Source of the DNA: a virus
Virus record (IMG/VR): IMGVR_UViG_3300025789_000024
Location: 51,391-115,390 of that record
DNA: 64,000 nt
Direction: 5' to 3' (one strand)
Made by a program: the position numbers and the translations under genes. Every line of letters begins with the position of its first letter. Position 1 is the stretch's first letter. Shown here in pieces: positions 50,501-56,333 of this stretch. Below the pieces are notes generated by a model, which made no database searches, was not told the origin of the DNA, and saw only the letters and a program-made list of their open reading frames with translations.

Positions 50501-53500
50501 GATATTGATGAAAGTAGTTTTGATTTTAGCTGGCATCCAGACGATACTGAAGAACCATTTATCTATGAATTTGCAACGCAGTGGCAAAAGACCGGCGGAC
50601 CTAAATACATTGTAAAAAATGCAAAATCATTTAAGTACATTGATAGTTTAAAATCTAAAAAATTACCTAATCTAACTAATTGGGATGTTCCTGCTAATAT
50701 TGATATGGATAGCTTTGACTTTAGTTGGCATCCTGATAGCACAGAAGAACCATACAACTATTATTTCCCAACTGAATGGCAAAGTGAAGGTGGTCCTGTG
50801 TATAGAACTCCTTCAGCAAAAAATGATGCATACCCTAATATATTAGTTGCAAAAACATTGCCTACAACAGACAACTGGATAATACCTGAAGGTCTAGACA
50901 CTAGTGAGTTTAAGTTCAATTGGCATCCGCACCCCAAAGATCCTGCATTCATTTATGAATTTGGTACACAATGGCAAAAGACAGGTGGACCAAAGTATGT
51001 GGTCACAGGTGCAGAAGAAACAAAATATATTGATGTTAGCGTAGCAAAAAGATTGCCTAATGCAAATAATTTTGTAACACTCAATAATTATGTGATTGAA
51101 GAATTTGACTATAGTTGGCATCCAGACAGCACAGAAGAGCCATTCATTTATCAGTTTGGTAACAAGTACTACCCTGCTGAACAAATGCCTACAATTGAAT
51201 ATCGTGTTGAAGGTGCTACTCAAGTTAGTTATGTGCATGATGTTGTTGCAACACTAGCAAGTGATAAATCTAATTGGAAAATTCCAAAAGACATTGATAC
51301 AAAGAGTTTTGACTTTGGTTGGAAGCCAAGCCCATTAGAGCCTCCCTATATCTATGAATTCGCCACTCAGTGGCAAAAAACAGGTGGACCTATCTATAGA
51401 GTAGCAGGTGCTACTGAAAAAAAATATGTTGACATCATTAAAGCAACACACTTGTCCTCAAGAAAAGGTTGGGAAGTTCCTGATGTTGACTTAACTGATT
51501 TTGATTTTAGTTGGCATCCTGATGCAACAAGTCCACCTTATATCTATCAGTTTGGTACTCAATGGGCATTGACTGGTGGTCCAAGATATATTGTCAAGGG
51601 TGGCACAGAAGTAAAATACGTTGAAGGCATTATTGCTAAAGCGTTACCTAGTAGAACCAATTGGGAAATTCCTGATGATATTGCTATTAATGAGTTTGAC
51701 TTTAGTTGGCACCCATACGCAGAAGATGATCCATTCATTTATCAGTTTGGTACACAACACCAACGTACAGGTGGCCCTCGCTATGTAGTACCCGGTGCTA
51801 GTAAAATCAAATACATTGACACACGTATTATCAAAGCACGTAAGTTAGTTAACATGACTAACTGGATCGTATCAAAAGATATTGATGTATCTAAATTTGA
51901 TTTTAGTTGGCATCCAGATGACACAGCACCTCCTTATGTCTATCAGTTTGGTACTATTGAAAATGACACAGACGGCCCAAGATATGTTGTGCCTGGCGAT
52001 ACACTTGATACTGTTTACTTAGAACGTGTTGAACTAGAAGAGTCACAATTTGTTGACTATCCTAAATATGCGATTGAAACTACACTAGATGATTTAGTTA
52101 GTAAACATCCAAATGAAATCTTTTGGGCTATTAATTCAGAACTAGATTATAGTGAATTTAACTTTGATTGGAGACCCTCAATCGAGCAAGTCAAGTATGT
52201 TCATGCGTTTGGTTCTAGTGAAAGCACAACAACACAAACATATTTTGTTAATGCAAATATGTGGAATCAAGGCTTTAGAGATTTGAACTGGGTAGAAGAT
52301 AAAAAACTCGATGACAAAACATTGGCTAAACTATTTAAGAAGCCAGATATGTTCTATGTGGACAAGGGTAACAAAGAATCAGTTATACGTTTTGAATTAC
52401 TTAAAGCCAAATTCCCACACATTCAAAAGACACGTTATCTAAACAGTTGGGTAGATACAATCAACCGCTGTACTAATCGTGCAACAAGTCCTTTGCTATG
52501 GATATTGAATAGTGAGTTGGATTACAGTAACTTTGACTTTGAATACTATCCTAATCCTTGGCAGATGAAAATGGTTCATGTATTTGGTACTCAATGGAGT
52601 CATTGGGGAACCACATTCATGGTCAATCGTGAAACGTTTAGCAATGATACCAAATACATTAAGATCATTGAACACTTGAGTAACTTAAACTTTGTTAAGA
52701 CTAACAGAGCAGTAGCCACACAATGTTTATATGACATTGTATTGATTGATCATGGCAATATCAATAATGTTATTGAATTGTTACAACAAAAGGCAGGTGA
52801 CAAATCTGTTAGTGTTGTTAAGTATGATACAAGTTACTTGAACACAATTAGAACTGTATTGAGTAAACAGCCAGACAAACGTGAAAACTATATTTGGTTG
52901 TGCAGTAGTATTTGCGATTACACAAACTTTGACTTTAGTTATGTTTGCGATCCATTTGCACGTGAACAGTTGCATGTGTTCCCTAGTGGTAAACAAAAGT
53001 TTGGTGACACATTCTTCTTAGATGTTAACAAAGCAAAAGAATTAATAAAAGAGATTGATTCACTGGAAGAATACAACAAGGTTAACTACAATGCGTCATT
53101 GCGTGTACCTAGAATGCCTGAGCCAATCATTGTAACAAGTGATGATACACTTGTTGATGCGGCAAAACGTATTGAAGGATACCCATATGCTGTATTGATG
53201 ACAGAAGATAACAAGAATATTGATGTCATTGATACTGAACCAATGAACTTGTGGAGCCCTGAAACTAAGACAATCATGGTTACAAGCACAGGTGCATCAC
53301 GTATCATTGTGCCACGTGACGTAAAAGACCACGTAAAAACCGAATTATACGATTATCCGTATATTAAGAAATCAACTAAACTTGCTATGAGCAAGCCACT
53401 GGATATAGTCTTCCTAAGCAATGGTGAAACCGGCGCTGACGAGAACTACGAACATTTACTGAAGGTGACTAAGGGTATTAAAAACCGTGTAGTAAGAGTT

Positions 53501-54061
53501 GATGGTGTTAATGGTCGTGCTGCCGCATATCATGCCGCAGTTGAAGCCAGTGAAACACCTTGGGCATTCACAGTCTTTGCTAAATTAAAAGTATCAGCAA
53601 AGTTTGATTGGAACTGGCAACCAGATAGAATGCAAATTCCAAAGCATTATATTTTCCAAGCAAAGAATCCTGTGAATGGTCTAGTTTATGGTCACCAGGC
53701 CATGATCGCATACAACAAGAAACTTACACTTGCTAATACGGGTAAGGGTCTTGACTTTACATTAGATGACGAACATGAAGTTGTGCAATTATTGTCCGGT
53801 ACTGCAATGTACAACACAGATGCATTTAGTACATGGCGTACTGCGTTCCGTGAAGTACTCAAACTACGTGCAGAAGATAGTGATATCGCCCGTGAACGAT
53901 TACATGCATGGTTAAACAAAGCAGAAGGCAATTATTCTCAATACAGCATCAAGGGCGCAGTAGACGCTGACGAATTCTATGATGAAGTCAGTGGAGACTT
54001 TAACCAAATCAAACTAAGTTATGAGTGGGCTTGGTTGCGTGATAGATTTGCCCAGTCATAA
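47546..54061 (+). CDS. 2171-aa tandem-repeat protein with C-terminal degenerate GT-A-like domains
   Basis: 21 copies of a ~57-63-aa unit (W..P..ID...FDFSWHPD....PYIY.FGTQWQKTGGP.Y.V.GATE.KY). The last domain aligns with 24357..25313. TATAAGTA at 47533-47540 precedes the ATG. Confidence 0.75.
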   Translation: MLRDVFYYGNKPNVHPRERFAESLEDAREKCTTEHFWIINEFCDYRGFDWDFDFEFLPDEDVWAESHNNIWPSQHQKDSGTWLCSKEFSEVLIYRGDVEPIIRKNEKNDNWVLLDSIDEFKFDFSWHPDPTDPAYIYRWGSKFAPVQLKPVLEYHTHGATEVRYMNTTVELNVDKDNWVFYQQPDTDKFDFTWRPSPLDTPYIYVWGNKHIDGILKPTAEYHVPGATDKKYMPEKLAVLPEWDKWALLKEVDKTKFDFTWRPDPREPAYIYTWGNKYEPAEITPTLQYVCEGATEIKYMEDTIDVLPQWDRWVEVQQVDKTKFDFTWRPDPLEPPYIYTWGNKWIEAELKPTLEYHCPGATERKYMTNDVPVMPEMNRWNIIENIRKDGFDFTWRPDPREPDLIYVFGNELYDGIKMPTVEYHCDNATERKYMDNLKAKLASNEKLYEHLEDSVLDDYSWLPDPDSPPYIYVWGNQWNKPEDKISVQLVVPGASEYKFMDARAIRKPCMDNWVIPSDIDTTGFDFSWEPSPADPAFIYEFATQWQKTGGPRYVVEHATETKYMDFQKAKKLVDMTNWTIPKNVDVSGFDFSWHPDATSPPYIYNFATQWALSGGPTYTVPGATELKYVDDQKAIATVDMTNWEFDSVLIDVNSFDFSWHPYAEDEPYIYQFGTQWQKTGGPRYITPGVHKNSPISYVDTRVLKAKRLPNQKNWDILDDLVVIDFDYSWHPDETEQPFEYHFGNNLYPAEIMPTMVYRVPSAKQVKYVSDIIATLGPDRSNWNIPSDIDDTGFDYSWKPNPKDPPYIYEFATQWQKTGGPKYIVEDATETKYIDTHKVKHLSNKENWTVPTNIDVSGFDFSWHPDATSPPYIYNFATQWALSGGPVYTVAGATEVKYMEDQTAKALPDMTNWVIPDDVDKNAFDYSWHPYVEDQPYIYVFGTQWQKTGGPKYMTPGVHKNSPVKYIDTRILKSTKLPSKKNWDIPDDIDESSFDFSWHPDDTEEPFIYEFATQWQKTGGPKYIVKNAKSFKYIDSLKSKKLPNLTNWDVPANIDMDSFDFSWHPDSTEEPYNYYFPTEWQSEGGPVYRTPSAKNDAYPNILVAKTLPTTDNWIIPEGLDTSEFKFNWHPHPKDPAFIYEFGTQWQKTGGPKYVVTGAEETKYIDVSVAKRLPNANNFVTLNNYVIEEFDYSWHPDSTEEPFIYQFGNKYYPAEQMPTIEYRVEGATQVSYVHDVVATLASDKSNWKIPKDIDTKSFDFGWKPSPLEPPYIYEFATQWQKTGGPIYRVAGATEKKYVDIIKATHLSSRKGWEVPDVDLTDFDFSWHPDATSPPYIYQFGTQWALTGGPRYIVKGGTEVKYVEGIIAKALPSRTNWEIPDDIAINEFDFSWHPYAEDDPFIYQFGTQHQRTGGPRYVVPGASKIKYIDTRIIKARKLVNMTNWIVSKDIDVSKFDFSWHPDDTAPPYVYQFGTIENDTDGPRYVVPGDTLDTVYLERVELEESQFVDYPKYAIETTLDDLVSKHPNEIFWAINSELDYSEFNFDWRPSIEQVKYVHAFGSSESTTTQTYFVNANMWNQGFRDLNWVEDKKLDDKTLAKLFKKPDMFYVDKGNKESVIRFELLKAKFPHIQKTRYLNSWVDTINRCTNRATSPLLWILNSELDYSNFDFEYYPNPWQMKMVHVFGTQWSHWGTTFMVNRETFSNDTKYIKIIEHLSNLNFVKTNRAVATQCLYDIVLIDHGNINNVIELLQQKAGDKSVSVVKYDTSYLNTIRTVLSKQPDKRENYIWLCSSICDYTNFDFSYVCDPFAREQLHVFPSGKQKFGDTFFLDVNKAKELIKEIDSLEEYNKVNYNASLRVPRMPEPIIVTSDDTLVDAAKRIEGYPYAVLMTEDNKNIDVIDTEPMNLWSPETKTIMVTSTGASRIIVPRDVKDHVKTELYDYPYIKKSTKLAMSKPLDIVFLSNGETGADENYEHLLKVTKGIKNRVVRVDGVNGRAAAYHAAVEASETPWAFTVFAKLKVSAKFDWNWQPDRMQIPKHYIFQAKNPVNGLVYGHQAMIAYNKKLTLANTGKGLDFTLDDEHEVVQLLSGTAMYNTDAFSTWRTAFREVLKLRAEDSDIARERLHAWLNKAEGNYSQYSIKGAVDADEFYDEVSGDFNQIKLSYEWAWLRDRFAQS
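47870..52030 (+). repeat. Intragenic coding tandem repeat, ~21 units of ~170-190 bp
   Basis: Recurrent TTTGA(C/T)TTTAGTTGGCATCC and CAATGGCAAAAGACAGGTGGACC nucleotide motifs, all in frame. Confidence 0.9.
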
Positions 54062-54082
54062 AATGCCCATGTCAACGAAAAC

Positions 54083-54111
54083 TTGCGGAAAAACGTTAAA
54101 TAGTATATAAT
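54083..54111 (+). promoter_or_regulatory. Sigma70-like promoter with an embedded late-like motif
   Basis: TTGCGG (54083-54088), 17-nt spacer, TATAAT (54106-54111); TTAAATA at 54096-54102 lies in the spacer; AAGGAG SD follows. Confidence 0.5.
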
Positions 54112-54135
54112 AGACACATCACAAAGGAGTTTCTT

Positions 54136-54450
54136 ATGAAAAAGGTTCTTTTAACTTTATCATTACTATTGCTTGCAGGAACAGCCAGCGCACAATGGCA
54201 TCACGACCGTTGTTGCTATCGAGGTGGTTACTACGGTGGAGGTAATTGGGTAGCCCCTGCAATTATCGGTGGCGTAATCGGGTATGAATTGTCTCAACCC
54301 AAAACGGTTATTGTCGAACAACCTAGTGTTGTTTACACACAACCGCAAATTGTGCTTGGACCTAATGATGTAGTAGTCAATGGAATTATTTATACTAAAC
54401 AATTAACCGTTGTAAATGGAATTACTCAGGAAGTATTAGTTAGGAAATAA
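54136..54450 (+). CDS. Small secreted/membrane protein with signal peptide and Gly/Tyr-rich segment
   Basis: MKKVLLTLSLLLLAGTASA signal peptide (AxA site); GGYYGGGNWVAPAIIGGVIGY hydrophobic glycine segment. Confidence 0.7.
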   Translation: MKKVLLTLSLLLLAGTASAQWHHDRCCYRGGYYGGGNWVAPAIIGGVIGYELSQPKTVIVEQPSVVYTQPQIVLGPNDVVVNGIIYTKQLTVVNGITQEVLVRK

Positions 54451-55505
54451 TGAAAATATTAGGTTTGGAAGTGTGGAGTCAATCTCCAGAAAATGTCTCC
54501 ACTTTTTTCAACAGATTAGAAACTGAAGAATTTGATTACATTGTTTTGTTTGGACAAAATGAATGGCAATACTATCAAGCCTTTGCCCATGTATTAGACA
54601 GAGCAATACAAGAAGTTTGTATTAAACGCAATCAAACACTTTATATATTTAACGGATCGGCTATCGTCAATGAAGTTGACGAACCTACGTTGCACCCTTT
54701 AGTAAAAGTTATTGCATGGCCTGAATGGTATTTCATTAAAACCTATGCACAAATGTGTTCTCATAGCAAACATTATAAAATTAATTATAATTTAAATGTA
54801 GATGTTGACACATACAAATATCATTACATTACCATGAACAATCGTGCGCATCCGCATAGATGTTATATGATGGATATATTGGCAAAATATAATTTGATTG
54901 AACGTGGTGCCATTTCTTGGGCAGAAGAATACTATACAGAAGATCCTTATCCTTGGCAATACTGGATACCCAAGTTATTAAAATTAGGATCATATCTCGA
55001 AAGTGAAAAAATTTGGCTCAATATACCAGATGAATTCTACGATTCATTTGTTTCATTAATAAATGAGTCTACAATTGATTCTGTGATCTTTAGTGAAAAA
55101 ACTGTATTTGCATTGGTATGCGGGCAACCTTTTATTTGTGTTTCGGGACCAGGACATCATAAGTTACTAGAAAATATGGGATTTGAGTTGTATACAGAAT
55201 TGTTTGACTATTCATTTGATAGTGAGAAAGATAATAATAAACGAACAGAATTGGTAGTACAAAACATAGAACGTATTTGTAAATTATCACTAGACGAACT
55301 AGCAGTACTTAAACAACAAATCAAGCCTAAAATTATAAGAAACAAGCAAAGGGTAAGAGATATCGCAATGTCGCCCAATTCATATTGTGACATAATTGCA
55401 AGCGTGAGACAATTAGATCAGATTGAAAGCGCCACTGCATGTAGTTGGATTTGGCACATGTATTTTTTGCTTGACGACTGTCATAAAAATAATACGCTTT
55501 TATAA
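54450..55505 (+). CDS. 'TEK'-motif putative glycosyltransferase
   Basis: MNNRAHPHR; SFVSLINES...FSEKTVFALVCGQPFI...MGFELYTELFDYSFD; paralog of 34019..35095. Confidence 0.45.
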   Translation: MKILGLEVWSQSPENVSTFFNRLETEEFDYIVLFGQNEWQYYQAFAHVLDRAIQEVCIKRNQTLYIFNGSAIVNEVDEPTLHPLVKVIAWPEWYFIKTYAQMCSHSKHYKINYNLNVDVDTYKYHYITMNNRAHPHRCYMMDILAKYNLIERGAISWAEEYYTEDPYPWQYWIPKLLKLGSYLESEKIWLNIPDEFYDSFVSLINESTIDSVIFSEKTVFALVCGQPFICVSGPGHHKLLENMGFELYTELFDYSFDSEKDNNKRTELVVQNIERICKLSLDELAVLKQQIKPKIIRNKQRVRDIAMSPNSYCDIIASVRQLDQIESATACSWIWHMYFLLDDCHKNNTLL

Positions 55506-55538
55506 TAAATAATATTACTGTTTTAGAAAGGGTGTTTT

Positions 55539-55694
55539 ATGAAACAACATAAATTAATCACCAAATTATATAAGGCATGTTTCGATCATGACCAAGAAAA
55601 GCAACAAGAGTTGCGAGTAAAAGAATTTGCGAAAATTTTTAAACGCAAATCTGAGGGCAAAAAGTTTACTGCCAAGTGGACGGTAGTTCACTAA
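55539..55694 (+). CDS. Small basic hypothetical protein (51 aa, not in ORF track)
   Basis: ATAAATA at 55505-55511 and GAAAGGG SD upstream; manual translation [51 protein letters not shown]. Confidence 0.6.
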   Translation: MKQHKLITKLYKACFDHDQEKQQELRVKEFAKIFKRKSEGKKFTAKWTVVH

Positions 55695-55697
55695 ATA
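55691..55697 (+). promoter_or_regulatory. Late-like promoter CTAAATA, likely driving the tmRNA precursor
   Basis: Motif lies immediately upstream of the tmRNA acceptor piece. Confidence 0.5.
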
Positions 55698-55779
55698 AAA
55701 AGAACAGCGTAAACTGTTATTAAGAAAAGTATTCTGGACGGGGGTGCGAATCCCCCCAGGTCCACCATAAGGAGATTTG

Positions 55780-55786
55780 ATAAATA
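55780..55786 (+). promoter_or_regulatory. Late-like promoter ATAAATA inside the tmRNA intervening segment
   Basis: ATAAATA 4 nt before the ATG at 55791; an AAGGAG at 55769-55774 is too far from the ATG for a standard SD and is part of the closing helix. Confidence 0.55.
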
Positions 55787-55790
55787 CTAG

Positions 55791-56096
55791 ATGCGAATAA
55801 AAGAACTCACTGAATCATTTAACAAGTGCTATAACATGGCCTGTAAGGTATATGATTTAGCAAGTTCTAAAAATTTGCAACCTAAACTAATACAAGTAGC
55901 AGATTACAAAGGCGATGGTTCTGGCGCTGATAAACGCTGGCAAAAACTACCGCAAAGAGTATGGCAACATTATGTCACAGTAATCGGCAATAAAGTTTAT
56001 GACCCAACTGCTAAACAGTTTGGACCTGACAAAGATACTGAGTATAGTTTAGAAAAATTAGATACTGAATGGGGAAAACAGTATCATATCAAATAA
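55791..56096 (+). CDS. 101-aa protein in the tmRNA intervening segment; putative papain/transglutaminase-like (Cys-His-Asp) fold
   Basis: NKCYNMA...WQHYVTVIGNKVYDPTAKQF gives a C...H...D arrangement. The N-terminal MRIKELTE resembles capsid-targeting leaders of phage internal proteins. Confidence 0.6.
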   Translation: MRIKELTESFNKCYNMACKVYDLASSKNLQPKLIQVADYKGDGSGADKRWQKLPQRVWQHYVTVIGNKVYDPTAKQFGPDKDTEYSLEKLDTEWGKQYHIK

Positions 56097-56290
56097 GTCT
56101 TTTTGTGATGGGCCTGATATAGATTCGACAGGGTAACAAGTAAGAGTAACGGCGCTCGGCAAAGCAGAAGCCGTAGGATTGGGGTTTCCCGATTATAGAC
56201 GCAAAACCTATAACTGCAAACGACAGTTTATACGCCATTGCCGCTTGAGCATAGCCGAGGTAGTTATACCTTGTAACCAAAAATAACAGT

Positions 56291-56317
56291 AAGGGACATT
56301 CGTGTCCCTTCCTTTTT
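56291..56317 (+). terminator. Rho-independent terminator after the tmRNA coding piece
   Basis: AAGGGACA-TTCG-TGTCCCTT perfect 8-bp stem with a UUCG loop, followed by CCTTTTT. Confidence 0.85.
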
Positions 56318-56333
56318 GTTCGATAAATACACT

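Larger units (their letters stand above)
55703..56290 (+). ncRNA. ssrA: Circularly permuted two-piece tmRNA gene: acceptor piece ~55703-55767, intervening segment 55768-56109, coding piece 56110-~56290
   Basis: The 3' half comes first: GAC-GGGGG-TGCGAAT-CCCCC-CAGGTCC-ACCA (CCA ends at 55767). The 5' half follows: GGGCCTG-ATATAGATTCGAC at 56110. The acceptor stem is 7/7 paired with the G3.U70 alanine determinant. Resume context ATAACT-GCA; tag 56216-56248 = ANDSLYAIAA*. Inter-piece helices: CAGGGTA/TATTCTG and ACTGTTATT (55713-21)/AATAACAGT (56282-90). The outer ends are approximate. Confidence 0.93.

Noticed and set aside
47870-52030. CRISPR array or diversity-generating retroelement repeats
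   Set aside because: The repeats are degenerate, in frame and protein-coding. There is no repeat-spacer structure, and no cas or reverse transcriptase gene in the window.
55737-55767. Stand-alone tRNA, or an att-site remnant of a tRNA/tmRNA 3' end
   Set aside because: There is no D-arm or anticodon arm upstream. The matching 5' acceptor strand, the tag and inter-piece helices lie downstream, and no integrase is present in the window.
55768-56109. Group I intron or homing endonuclease in the tmRNA
   Set aside because: The segment lies outside the mature ends (after CCA, before G1), the ORF fills nearly all of it, and no LAGLIDADG, HNH or GIY-YIG motif is seen.
56089-56280. Minus-strand 63-aa ORF
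   Set aside because: It is antisense to the tmRNA coding piece, which fully explains the sequence.
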